This document shows positions 44,360 through 53,727 of a stretch of 56,238 nucleotides of DNA, piece after piece. Numbering within the stretch: the first letter of the stretch is position 1; each line of letters begins with the position of its first letter. The stretch covers positions 1 to 56,238 of the forward strand of contig JAFGEN010000136.1 in NCBI GenBank assembly GCA_016931595.1. The letters run 5' to 3'. The notes beneath the pieces are model-generated. The model made no database searches and was not told the DNA's origin. It saw only the letters and a program-made list of their open reading frames with translations. Source of the DNA: Candidatus Aminicenantes bacterium. GTDB lineage: Bacteria; Acidobacteriota; Aminicenantia; Aminicenantales; UBA4085. The position numbers and the translations under genes were made by a program.

Positions 44360-45121
44360 ATGAAGACACCCGCCGTTCCCCCGATCGCCTTTAAAAACGA
44401 GGCCTTTCTCAGCTCCGTCCAAGCCCGACCGCTCCGCATCCTGAGCGAATACTCGGAGCCGGAGGACCGGTTCGAGAGGAACAAGATCAACTCGACGATC
44501 CTTTTTGTGGGCTCGGCCAGAATCCGGCCTGACGGCAAGGAGTCTCCCTTGTGCCGGTATTATGCCGAGGCCGAGGAGCTGGCGTTCCGTCTGGCCCGCT
44601 GGGCGATCCCCCTCCGTCCCAAGGGGAAGAATTTCGTCATCTGCACCGGCGGCGGTCCCGGAATCATGGAAGCGGCCAACCGGGGCGCGGCCCGGGCCGG
44701 GGGGAAATCGATCGGGATGAACATCTCCCTCCCCCACGAGCAGGCGCCGAATCAGTACGTTTCCGACGACCTCGGCTTTCTTTTTCATTATTTCTTCATG
44801 CGGAAGTTCTGGCTGGTCAGCCGAGCCCGGGCGGTCATCGCCTTTCCGGGAGGATTCGGGACGCTCGACGAGCTGTTCGAAACGCTGACCCTGATTCAAA
44901 CCGAAAAAATCGCCCGTGAGGAAGTCGTCTTTCTCTTGTACGGCGAGGAATTCTGGCGGGAGGTCGTCAACTTCGATGTTCTGGTCAAGAATGGAACCAT
45001 CTCTCCCGAGGACTTGAAGATTTTCACTTTCGCATCGACTCCGGCCAAGGCCTTTTCCTTCCTCAAGCGGAAGCTGATCCGGTACTGCAGCATTTACGGT
45101 CCGCCGCGCTTCCAGGGTTGA
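44360..45121 (+). CDS. LOG/TIGR00730 family Rossmann-fold nucleotide-binding protein
   Basis: GGGPGIMEAANRGA and PGGFGTLDELFE motifs. ATG at 44360 has GGAGAA upstream. Confidence 0.8.
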   Translation: MKTPAVPPIAFKNEAFLSSVQARPLRILSEYSEPEDRFERNKINSTILFVGSARIRPDGKESPLCRYYAEAEELAFRLARWAIPLRPKGKNFVICTGGGPGIMEAANRGAARAGGKSIGMNISLPHEQAPNQYVSDDLGFLFHYFFMRKFWLVSRARAVIAFPGGFGTLDELFETLTLIQTEKIAREEVVFLLYGEEFWREVVNFDVLVKNGTISPEDLKIFTFASTPAKAFSFLKRKLIRYCSIYGPPRFQG

Positions 45122-45522
45122 GGGGCCTTGTCTCCCGGACCGTCCGGGGCGAAAAAACGCCGTCCATGCCTGCTTCGGGCGATCATCCGGGCGATTCCCC
45201 ACCCGGCGGCCAAACCCAGAACATCGACTAGAACATCGAGAATCTCCGCGCTCCGGCCCGGGACGAACATCTGATGGACTTCGTCCAAACAGGCCAGGAC
45301 AGCCCCAAGGACGGGGACAACGGCCGGCCGGTCCCTCAGCCCGGCTGTTTTCATCGTGCCGTAGGCCAGGCAGACGCCGAAACCCGCGTACAGGACGAGA
45401 TGGAGGGCTTTGTCGATCAAGGGAAACGCGGCCGGCAGCCGGACGTTCGGCTGGGCCGACAGGAAAAAAATCAGGCCGTAATACAGTCCGGCCGGGAGAA
45501 ATGGATTTAATTTGGAACGCAC
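45094..45522 (-). CDS. VanZ-like family membrane protein
   Basis: Four hydrophobic segments with DKALHLVLYAGFG and LDEVHQMFVPGRS motifs. The start is GTG. The 3' end overlaps the convergent LOG gene by 28 nt. Confidence 0.62.
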   Translation of the reverse strand: MRSKLNPFLPAGLYYGLIFFLSAQPNVRLPAAFPLIDKALHLVLYAGFGVCLAYGTMKTAGLRDRPAVVPVLGAVLACLDEVHQMFVPGRSAEILDVLVDVLGLAAGWGIARMIARSRHGRRFFAPDGPGDKAPQPWKRGGP

Positions 45523-45663
45523 CGCGGCGAACGATATCTTGGGACGACCGGTTTGTCAATCCGGCCGTCATCGTTTGGGGTGAGACGTCCGGGAGAAAAT
45601 TCCACCCCCTATTCACCCGGGAAGACGATTCCCCGGGTCCCTCGACAGATTTATAATCATCGC

Positions 45664-46317
45664 GTGGACACCACGAATGCAATTCGCTCCGCCGGACGAG
45701 TCGGTTTCGCCGCCGTCGTCCTGGCGATCGGCCTGGTTTCCGGCTGCGCCCGACCGCGGGTCCTTCCCAACGCCCCCTTCCAGACCGGGACGGCCTCATG
45801 GTACGGGCCGGATTTCCACGGGAAAACGACCTCCAACCGGGAGGTCTACGACATGTACGAGATGACCGCCGCCCATCCCTCCCTCCCCTTCGGAACCCGG
45901 GTGATGGTCACGAACCTGGACAACGGCCGGAGCGTGGAAGTCCGGGTCAACGACCGCGGCCCGTTTGTCAAGAATCGGATCATCGACTTGTCCTACGCTG
46001 CGGCCCGGTTGCTGGGAATGGTCGGGCCGGGGACCGCTCCGGTTCGACTGGACCTGCTTTCCCGCAATGTCCGTCCCGAAGGACCGGGCTATATCATCCA
46101 ACTCGGCTCGTTCACCGACGAACGAAACGCCCGGGAGCTTTTGGCGCGGCTGGGAAAACGGTACGGCCCGGCTTTCATCTCCGAATTCATCCTGGCCGGA
46201 AGGACGTTTTACCGAGTCCGTATTCCGTCCGGTGACCGGCCCGGGACGGAAGCCCTGGCCGCCCGATTGAACGCCGCCGGCTATCCCGTCCTCATTTGCG
46301 AAGAATATAGATCCTGA
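45664..46317 (+). CDS. rlpA: RlpA-family septal ring lytic transglycosylase lipoprotein (DPBB plus SPOR domains)
   Basis: DPBB core (ASWYGPDFHGKTTSNREVYDMYEMTAAHPSLPFGTRVMVTNLDNGRSVEVRVNDRGPF), C-terminal SPOR domain (YIIQLGSFTDERNARELL), and lipobox LVSGC. The start is uncertain: GTG 45664 is chosen, and the track ORF begins at TTG 45553. Confidence 0.78.
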   Translation: MDTTNAIRSAGRVGFAAVVLAIGLVSGCARPRVLPNAPFQTGTASWYGPDFHGKTTSNREVYDMYEMTAAHPSLPFGTRVMVTNLDNGRSVEVRVNDRGPFVKNRIIDLSYAAARLLGMVGPGTAPVRLDLLSRNVRPEGPGYIIQLGSFTDERNARELLARLGKRYGPAFISEFILAGRTFYRVRIPSGDRPGTEALAARLNAAGYPVLICEEYRS

Positions 46318-46339
46318 CCGACGGAACGGACATCTCTCG

Positions 46340-47407
46340 TTATTTATCGTAGAGGTATGCGGCCTCGCGAATCGCAGCTTGCATTCCATCGTGGACGGCG
46401 TATGTTCCCCCGGCGAACATGGAAGCCGAACCGAATTCCCCTTTCGCGTTTACAGCATAAAAGTTCAAACCGTAATTCGGCCGGCCGTCGGGCCGGGACA
46501 GACGGCCCGTCCGCCGGGTCCCCTCGGCCGTCCGTTCCAAGGCCTTGAGACAGGCTTGCTCGGGACTCAGGCCCCGACCCATATCCTGGACGACCGCGTA
46601 GCTTCCCAGGTTCATGATGTTGGCTTCTCCCAGTCCCGTCGAACCGGCAGCGCCGATCGCATTATCGACGTACAGCCCGGCCCCGATGATCGGGGAATCC
46701 CCCACCCTGCCGGCGATCTTCCAGGATAGACCGCTCGTCGTCGTCGTTCCGGCCAGGCGGCCCCGGTCGTCGAGAGCCAGGCAGTTGATCGTGCCGTAAG
46801 TGGACATCGCCGCGGCCAGCCCCGGAGGAATGTTTTGATTCCGTTCGGGGATCCAGTTGTCTCGGTCGGAAAGTCGCTCCTTCCATTCCAGCCAGGCCAA
46901 ACGTGCTTTTTCCGTTAAAAGATTTTCTTCCTTGAACCCGTGGGCCAGGGCGAAACGCAACGCTCCGGGACCGACGAGCAGGCAGTGCCTTGTTCTCTCC
47001 ATGACCAGCTTGGCCACCTTGGAGGGATTTTTGATATTCTGGATGGCGGCGACAGCGCCCGACGAATGAGTCGGCCCGTCCATGACAGAAGCGTCGAGTT
47101 CGACAATGCCGTCCTCGTTGGGCAGGCCGCCGTAGCCGACGGACATGTCCTCGGGATCGTCCTCGACGAGATTCACTCCGGCGACCGTCGCGTCCAGAGG
47201 GTCGGCCCCGGCCTGAAGAAGCTCCATGGCTCTTTGGACTGCGGCCAGCCCATTGGCCGAGGCCACAACCCGGGCGACGCCGGCCGGGGCCGCCGACGTT
47301 CTCGGCCCGTCCGCCCGAAGAGCCGCCGGGTTTGAGACGGCCAGCGTAGCCGCACCTAGAATCGCACCGTCTTTTAAAAATTCCCGCCGCGTGCATTTCG
47401 ATTTCAT
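46340..47407 (-). CDS. Glycosylasparaginase / isoaspartyl peptidase family Ntn hydrolase with Tat-type signal
   Basis: Tat-type signal (MKSKCTRREFLKDGAILGAATLAV) plus GTINCLALD...TTTSGLSWKIAGRVGDSPIIGAGLYVDN, which matches the asparaginase_2 family core. Confidence 0.78.
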   Translation of the reverse strand: MKSKCTRREFLKDGAILGAATLAVSNPAALRADGPRTSAAPAGVARVVASANGLAAVQRAMELLQAGADPLDATVAGVNLVEDDPEDMSVGYGGLPNEDGIVELDASVMDGPTHSSGAVAAIQNIKNPSKVAKLVMERTRHCLLVGPGALRFALAHGFKEENLLTEKARLAWLEWKERLSDRDNWIPERNQNIPPGLAAAMSTYGTINCLALDDRGRLAGTTTTSGLSWKIAGRVGDSPIIGAGLYVDNAIGAAGSTGLGEANIMNLGSYAVVQDMGRGLSPEQACLKALERTAEGTRRTGRLSRPDGRPNYGLNFYAVNAKGEFGSASMFAGGTYAVHDGMQAAIREAAYLYDK

Positions 47408-47727
47408 GGTGTTCTCCCTTGCAGTCAACGCCGAATCCGAATGATTTGTCGGCCCGGTTCGAAATGTATATGCCAAAGTCATCGCTGATGTCAAAAATCT
47501 CCGCTCTCTTCGAGGAAGCGGCGCCGACCTGCAAGCGGGCCAACCGGATTCCGACGTTCGGTTTGAACCGCCGCCGGAGGAAGGCCGCGGCCCGGTCCGT
47601 CGCCGCCTAAGCCTACCTGGCCTCGACCATCGTCCGGTTCAATCCGGCCGGGTCCTCGTCAGACTTCTTTTATTGGGAGCGGTCGCCGTCCGCCGGGCGG
47701 AAACCGACCCGGCCCCGAAGGCCGGCC

Positions 47728-49017
47728 TCACATCGAGATCGAGATGCTCGACCCGCCGCCCGAACCAAACCGCGGGTTGACGATGTTGCTGAAAACGGAC
47801 CCGAATGTGTAATTCAGGCCGACCGAAAAATAATAATCATACCCCGTGGCCAATTGGCGGCGGCGGAGGAGCACTTCCTCATAAGACGCCCCGCCCTTCG
47901 GCAGGGCCAGCTGGTCGCGGACCCGAGATCCCCCGCCGGAGATTTCAAAGCTCATCCCCTTGAGGATTCTCCAGGAAACGCGGGCGCTCAGGTTGAGGCG
48001 GTTCTTGGAGAGATCGTGGAAATAATGAGATCCCGTCAGCGAAACGCTCATGGTCCCCCACGGCCGTTTGAGGTCCAAGGCCACGGTCAAAGCCTGCTTC
48101 CAGAGCGTTTCCCGCGTCTTGTCGAAAATCGTCTCCTCGGTATACCGGACGACTTCGGGGCCGGCATAGTAGAGAAAACAGAGCTGTTTAGCCGTCGATT
48201 CGTCATAGGGAAAGACATCGAACTCGATCGCCGGCTTGAAGCTCAGGTAGAGGTCCTGATTGCTGTAGGTCGATGAGCTGGCCGAGACCGCGGCCCCAAT
48301 CGACCAATGGCGGCCCAGGCTGCGGACGATCAAACCCGAGGCCGAACGGGACCGTGATTCGCTTTCGTACAGGAATCCCTCGTAGTCATAAGCGTCCGTG
48401 TTCGTGCTGAGACTGGCGCTCATCCGGATTTTCCAATCCGGGGTCACCCTGTTGGCGGACACGTTCCCGATCCATTGCTGACTTCGGTAGGATTCCTGGC
48501 CCATCATAAATCCGTTGGCGCTCAGGCTGAAAACCCAGAAATCCCAGGGGTCGGTCACGGCCGTGGGCTTGACCTGGTCCTGGAACAGGACGTCGATCCG
48601 AGCGGCGGCCGGCGTTTCGGCGCAGAATCGGAGAAGCCCCAGCTTCAGGATCCGGGCGACGCCTTTTTTCGTCTCCTCGGACGATTCGCCGACAGCCGGA
48701 CGATAGACGAGCGTGTCTTGCCGGCCCTCAAACTTGCCCAGGCCGATGAACGTCAGGTTGACCTGGGAGCCTTCGGCCGTCCGGGTTGGGAGGATCTCCA
48801 CCGCCACATCGGCCTCCGCCCGGTCCGGGGAGACCGCGGCGAACGGAATTTCCGCGGCATAGAAGCCCGCTTCCGGTCCAGAGAGAAAAACAATCAGGCC
48901 GGCCGAGAGAGGCCGGCTTTCAGCAGGCGGAACTTGGGCGGCGATTTCGGCGGGGAGGATCAATCCGAAGAGAACGGCCGCCATCCATCTGAAAGATGAT
49001 TCAAAAATACTTTTCAT
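47728..49017 (-). CDS. Hypothetical secreted beta-rich (putative outer membrane) protein, paralog A
   Basis: Signal peptide and alternating-residue beta pattern. Clearly paralogous to the next gene (LLRRRQLATGYDYYFSVGLNYTFGSVFSNIVNPRF vs LLRRRQLATSYNYFAMFGLSYTFGSVYTNVVNPRF). Confidence 0.6.
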   Translation of the reverse strand: MKSIFESSFRWMAAVLFGLILPAEIAAQVPPAESRPLSAGLIVFLSGPEAGFYAAEIPFAAVSPDRAEADVAVEILPTRTAEGSQVNLTFIGLGKFEGRQDTLVYRPAVGESSEETKKGVARILKLGLLRFCAETPAAARIDVLFQDQVKPTAVTDPWDFWVFSLSANGFMMGQESYRSQQWIGNVSANRVTPDWKIRMSASLSTNTDAYDYEGFLYESESRSRSASGLIVRSLGRHWSIGAAVSASSSTYSNQDLYLSFKPAIEFDVFPYDESTAKQLCFLYYAGPEVVRYTEETIFDKTRETLWKQALTVALDLKRPWGTMSVSLTGSHYFHDLSKNRLNLSARVSWRILKGMSFEISGGGSRVRDQLALPKGGASYEEVLLRRRQLATGYDYYFSVGLNYTFGSVFSNIVNPRFGSGGGSSISISM

Positions 49018-49028
49018 GGTAGCCGTCC

Positions 49029-50330
49029 TTAGTGGATGTTAATGGTGACGCCGCCGCTCCCTCCGCCGAGTTTGGCGAAGCGGGGATTGACGACATTGGT
49101 GTAAACCGAGCCGAATGTATAACTGAGCCCGAACATGGCAAAATAATTGTAGGATGTGGCGAGTTGTCTGCGCCGGAGGAGAATTTCTTCCAGGCTGGCG
49201 TCGCCCTTGACCAGGGAAAGCTGGTTGTGAATCCGGCTTCCGCCTCCGATCATGTAGGCGTTCAGACCCTTGACCAGGTTTAACTGAACGAAGGCGGAGA
49301 GCCCGATCTGGTTCATCTTGATGTCGTGAAAATAATGCGAACCGCTGACGGTCCCGCTGATGCTCCCCCACTTCTCCTTGAGGGAGAGAGTGGCCGAAAG
49401 GGATTCCAGGAGGAGGTTTTCGCGAAGCGTGTTATAAATGGTCGTCTCCCGGTACCGGACACCCTCGAAGCCGAGCCGGTAGACGAGAACGAACTGGCGC
49501 CGGGTGGACTCGGCGTAAGGGAAGATGTTGTATTCGATCGCGGCGGCCGGAGCGAGCCGCAGGGCGGTGTTGTTGTATGAAGACGAGTCGGCTTCGAACG
49601 ATAAACCCGCCGACCAATGAGGTCCGAGGCTTTTCACCAGGAGTCCATTGGCCTCGTACGATTCCTGGGTGCTGGTAATGTCCAGGCCGTCGTAGGAAAA
49701 CCGGTCCCGCCCGAAACTCGCTGACAGGCCAAGACGCAACTTCCATTCCTCGGTGATACGGTTGGCCGAGAAGTTGAACCCGAAATTGCCGCTTCCATTC
49801 GATTCCTCTCCGTTGAAGTATCCGTCGGCGCCGATGTTGAACACCCAATGGTTCCAGCGATCCTTTGTCTCGGACGGCCGTTCCTCCGGACGGAACCGGA
49901 CGTCGAGCCGGCAGGCGATCGGCGTCCGGGCCACGTAGCCCGCCAACCCGTGTTTCAGGGCGTGGACCAGCCCTTTCCTGATGTCGTCTTCGGTATCGTC
50001 CTGCTTTGAAAAATAACGGAAGGAATCGTCGATTCCGGAAAACCCGTTTTGCCCCATGAAGGTTAGGGTATATTCCCGGCCGCCGGAGGCGGTCGTCTGG
50101 CTGGTGACCAGGACATGAACATCGGCCTCCTTCCTGTCCCGGACGTAATTGACGAATGGAATTTCGTTTTTCGTATAGGCCAGGTCGCAGCTTCCGCAAT
50201 CGAGATAGATTTTGGGAGCGGCCTTTTTCAAGGCCTCGAGGTCGGCCTCTCCCACCTGGGCCACGGCTTCCACACCCGCGGCCGCGAAAAGGGCCAGGCC
50301 TAGAAGCAGACAGGAAAGTTTTTGCGGCAT
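49029..50330 (-). CDS. Hypothetical secreted beta-rich (putative outer membrane) protein, paralog B
   Basis: Signal peptide MPQKLSCLLLGLALFAAAGVEA. It has the same architecture as paralog A, and the two are separated by 11 nt. Confidence 0.6.
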   Translation of the reverse strand: MPQKLSCLLLGLALFAAAGVEAVAQVGEADLEALKKAAPKIYLDCGSCDLAYTKNEIPFVNYVRDRKEADVHVLVTSQTTASGGREYTLTFMGQNGFSGIDDSFRYFSKQDDTEDDIRKGLVHALKHGLAGYVARTPIACRLDVRFRPEERPSETKDRWNHWVFNIGADGYFNGEESNGSGNFGFNFSANRITEEWKLRLGLSASFGRDRFSYDGLDITSTQESYEANGLLVKSLGPHWSAGLSFEADSSSYNNTALRLAPAAAIEYNIFPYAESTRRQFVLVYRLGFEGVRYRETTIYNTLRENLLLESLSATLSLKEKWGSISGTVSGSHYFHDIKMNQIGLSAFVQLNLVKGLNAYMIGGGSRIHNQLSLVKGDASLEEILLRRRQLATSYNYFAMFGLSYTFGSVYTNVVNPRFAKLGGGSGGVTINIH

Positions 50331-50527
50331 CTTGTTCTCCTCGAATATCCCTTATCCCGTCAACCCGTCTTCCAGCGATTTCCGCGCCGCCCGGCCGAAT
50401 TTCCACGCCTCACATGGCATATCGATCCGCCAAAGAAGCGTGTTCTCGTTTGTTCCGTCAGATGGCCGGGAACCTGCGCGGACCCTTTGGTATATACGCA
50501 CCGAGGATCGAAAAAGTTACAAAACGC

Positions 50528-52924
50528 TCAGTCCAGGGCTTCGAGGAGTTGGAGAAGAATGGTGTGGTTTCCGTCCGGGACGTCGAAGGCGACTTTGGAG
50601 CCCTTGAACACCCGCTTGGGGACGTTGTCGATTTCGAGCTGGTATTTGCCCTTTCGAAGGAAGGTGATCCTGACCTTGCGCTCGGCCATCGTCTTCAGAT
50701 CGAAGGACACTTCGTTCTCAGCATAAAGAAAATGTCGGACGACCGCTCCGCCGTCGATGGCGACAATCGGCCGGTCCTCCTCCGTGAGGACGATTTTTTT
50801 TCGGGAGACGCTCACGCCATAATGGTGCCCCTGGATCGAAATCCGGGAAACACGGCCGTCCTCTTCCGGACTGATCATTCCAAACCGGACGCCTTCACCG
50901 GGGGTGAAGTCGAGGTATTCCTCCACCGCGATAAGGGCCAACAGCGGGCCGAGGCTTTGGAACCGGAGTCCGGCCGCCTCGCCGCTCAGCGGATGGTAGC
51001 TTTCCGGCGACAATTGAAAATTATGCCAGGCGTTGAGGACCAAGCCGGCGCTTTTACGGGCGAATTCGGAAGCCTCGGCGTCGAAGCCGTAGCTTTTGAG
51101 CCCCTGGTAAACGAGATAATTGGCCGCCGGACGGATCGCGCCGCGCCAGGCTTGGCGGGATGGATTGCCGGGGTCGAGAAAGGCGGGATCGTCGCGGGAC
51201 ACGGTGGGAATGAGGAAATCTCCCCAGAATTCCTTCGGGTCGAGGAGGTGACGCCGGATGAGCTGGGCCCGCCGGTCGTCGGGAATCCGGGCCAACATCG
51301 GGAAAAAATTCGAGGCTGCTTTCCGGCTGGAAAACCGCCCATCCCAAAACCGGTCGAAATAGAAATTCTCCCGGCTGTTCCACAAAATATCATTGACGAG
51401 CTTTTTCTGAAGTTCGTATTCGTCCAGATAGGCGTCGCGCTCGGCCTGGCGGTCGAGGATGTCGGCGATTTGGGCCAGGCACAATGCGTCCAGGGCATAC
51501 AGGCTGTTGAGGTCGACGGCATTGAGAATCTGTGTCCCGCCGGCCGAATTCACCGGAATGTCGTCCCAATTGGGGAGGTCGTCCTGTCCGGATTCCGACC
51601 GGGCCCTGGCCGCCGCGGCGGCGCCGCCCGCGGAGCCGACGGGCTTGATGTCCGATCCCCATTCCAAAAGGCCGTCACCGTTTCGGTCCCGGCGGGGTTT
51701 CCCGTCGGCTGCGGGATCCTTCCAATAGGCATGGCTTCTGCGGAGAACGGGATAAGCGGTTTCCAACAGGCTGCGGTCGCCGGACTTTCCGAACAGCTTG
51801 AGAAGGACATAGGCTCCCAGCGGGGGCTGCGACCGGTCGGGCGCGCCGCTCGAACGGCTCCTCCATCCTGGGAGATTTCCGTTGGGGTACTGTGTTTCCA
51901 GGACCGCACGGAAGGCCTCGGCTGCCGATTGAGCGCTTTCCAAAGAAAGACCCAGCGTAGTCAGGAAGGAATCCGCCGCCGAGATCCGCCAATCGTCGGG
52001 TTCGTTTTCGTCCCGGCCGTAAACACGGGTCCTTGCGGACGGGACATAGAGACGGTGCGACCCGGGTTGATAAAGCATCATCCAGTGGAGGCTATTCGTG
52101 ACCGCCTCCGCCGCACCGGAGAAGAGACCTTCGACGATCACCCGCTTTTTCTCGTATCGGTCGCGCTCTTCCTCGAGAAGGACGTCGATGGTTCGGGCGT
52201 TTTTGTAGCGGTAAATCCGGCGGCGGATGGACTCCACCTGGTCGCCGACGCCGACGGCAAAATAGACGGTCCTCTCTCCTTGCGCCGAATAGGAGTAGAC
52301 GGCCATCGAGCCGTCTCCGGCGACCGCGGGAGGATTATCGCGGTTGGTCCAGAGAACAAAGGCCGCTTTTTTCTGTCCGACTGCTTCTCCGAACAGGTCG
52401 CCGTCGGTTGAGGCCCGAAAACGACCTTTGAAATCCCAGGGGAAATAGGGCAGGAGACGGACGGCCGTGTTTTTCGGGATCGTCAGCCGGCCGACGACGG
52501 CCCGTTCGTCCTGACGGGACCATTCCAGGATCAGGAGGTTGGACCGGCGGACCGGCTTCATCAGGATCGGGGTTTCATTCTTCCTCTCGGCAAGAATCGG
52601 GAGCCCGAGGTCGAATCCGATCCGGGCATACAGTCCATCGGGTGAATTCGGGCCGATCTCCGAGGCCAGGTAAAAGAGATCGTGCCCCTCGGCCTCCTGG
52701 CCGTCCTTCTCGACCTGGAAACGGAAGGCGAAGGCGGCTTCCTTGTGCGGCGCCAGAACCAGGCCGCACCAGCCGGCGGCATCGAAGGCTCCGATTTTGA
52801 CGTTTTTCCACGGCGAGGCAATCTCCGACCCGGCCGGGCCGAGGAGAAAGAGGATCGATGCGCCGAGACAGGCCCAGAGAGCCAGGATACGGAGAAGCCG
52901 CTCAACCGTCCTTCCCGGAATCAT
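50528..52924 (-). CDS. GH63/GH37-like (alpha/alpha)6-barrel glycoside hydrolase, membrane-anchored or secreted
   Basis: The C-terminal half (FFPMLARIPDD...HLLDPKEFWGDFLIPTVSRDDPAF...WRGAIRPAANYLVYQGLKSYGF) resembles MGH1/GH63-type hydrolases. ATG at 52924 gives a signal-anchor. The track start at 52960 is TTG. Confidence 0.55.
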   Translation of the reverse strand: MIPGRTVERLLRILALWACLGASILFLLGPAGSEIASPWKNVKIGAFDAAGWCGLVLAPHKEAAFAFRFQVEKDGQEAEGHDLFYLASEIGPNSPDGLYARIGFDLGLPILAERKNETPILMKPVRRSNLLILEWSRQDERAVVGRLTIPKNTAVRLLPYFPWDFKGRFRASTDGDLFGEAVGQKKAAFVLWTNRDNPPAVAGDGSMAVYSYSAQGERTVYFAVGVGDQVESIRRRIYRYKNARTIDVLLEEERDRYEKKRVIVEGLFSGAAEAVTNSLHWMMLYQPGSHRLYVPSARTRVYGRDENEPDDWRISAADSFLTTLGLSLESAQSAAEAFRAVLETQYPNGNLPGWRSRSSGAPDRSQPPLGAYVLLKLFGKSGDRSLLETAYPVLRRSHAYWKDPAADGKPRRDRNGDGLLEWGSDIKPVGSAGGAAAAARARSESGQDDLPNWDDIPVNSAGGTQILNAVDLNSLYALDALCLAQIADILDRQAERDAYLDEYELQKKLVNDILWNSRENFYFDRFWDGRFSSRKAASNFFPMLARIPDDRRAQLIRRHLLDPKEFWGDFLIPTVSRDDPAFLDPGNPSRQAWRGAIRPAANYLVYQGLKSYGFDAEASEFARKSAGLVLNAWHNFQLSPESYHPLSGEAAGLRFQSLGPLLALIAVEEYLDFTPGEGVRFGMISPEEDGRVSRISIQGHHYGVSVSRKKIVLTEEDRPIVAIDGGAVVRHFLYAENEVSFDLKTMAERKVRITFLRKGKYQLEIDNVPKRVFKGSKVAFDVPDGNHTILLQLLEALD

Positions 52925-53021
52925 CGCCTTCAATGTAGGATAAACCCGGGTGAAAATCAACGGGACTCCCGGGGCCCCGGGGGGAATTCAGTTTTAGGGA
53001 ACGAGGGTTGACTCGTGCGGA

Positions 53022-53645
53022 TTAAAGAAGAAGGCGCAGGCCGAGCTTCAAGTAGACGACGTGGAGGTTGACCCAAATCTCGTCAGTGGTCAGCCCCAGA
53101 GCGACATCTTGCGTGAACGTCTTGGCCGGAGCCGTCCGAATCAAGTAATCGATTTCGGCGAAGAAATCCCAGAACCCGGACAGTCTCCAGGCGATTCCAG
53201 CTCCGAAATAACCGGCCCAACCGCTGCGGACGGTCTGGTCGATCGTCACATCGGGGACTGCCGGGAGCGTGCCGATCCAGAACTTCGTCTCGATGTAGCC
53301 GACCCCGGCCACGGCGTACGGTGAGAAATATCCGTTGCCCTCGAATTCATACCGCAGACCGAGCAAAAACGGCCGGACTCGCAGGCGGCCGTTGTACAGT
53401 TTTCGATGGGAGGTCTGCGACCGCGTTCCCCAGGAATCGGCTTCGAACGCGACGGAAAGGCGGTGCATGAGGGGGACGGCCAGGCCGAATCCGGCCGCCA
53501 ATCCGACGTTCAAGTTGTTTTCCTCGTGTCCGGCGCCTCCGCCCTGGAAAGACAAAACGACCCGCCGGGATTGACCGAAGGCCGTCGATCCGAGGCAGAC
53601 CGAGGCCAAAAGCGCAGCCGCGAACAGCCGAACCGTTGTCTGCAT
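53022..53645 (-). CDS. Small outer membrane beta-barrel protein
   Basis: Signal peptide MQTTVRLFAAALLASVCLGSTAFG and about 8 amphipathic beta-strand segments with aromatic girdle residues. Confidence 0.55.
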   Translation of the reverse strand: MQTTVRLFAAALLASVCLGSTAFGQSRRVVLSFQGGGAGHEENNLNVGLAAGFGLAVPLMHRLSVAFEADSWGTRSQTSHRKLYNGRLRVRPFLLGLRYEFEGNGYFSPYAVAGVGYIETKFWIGTLPAVPDVTIDQTVRSGWAGYFGAGIAWRLSGFWDFFAEIDYLIRTAPAKTFTQDVALGLTTDEIWVNLHVVYLKLGLRLLL

Positions 53646-53727
53646 CGGGAGTCATCTTCGCTTTTCCAGCCGGGGTTGTCAATCACCTCCCGCCTTGTGT
53701 TAGAGTATGTCGGGTTGAGGAGGCGCC

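Noticed and set aside
50156-52411. 751-aa plus-strand ORF opposite the GH63-like gene. Similar long shadow ORFs occur at 42696-44336 (+), 44333-45799 (-), 31387-32820 (+), 8179-9186 (-), 5702-6538 (-) and 27030-28208 (+).
   Set aside because: All overlap CDS with clear family motifs on the other strand or frame. All have the Arg/Gly/Pro-rich composition expected from high-G+C non-coding frames.
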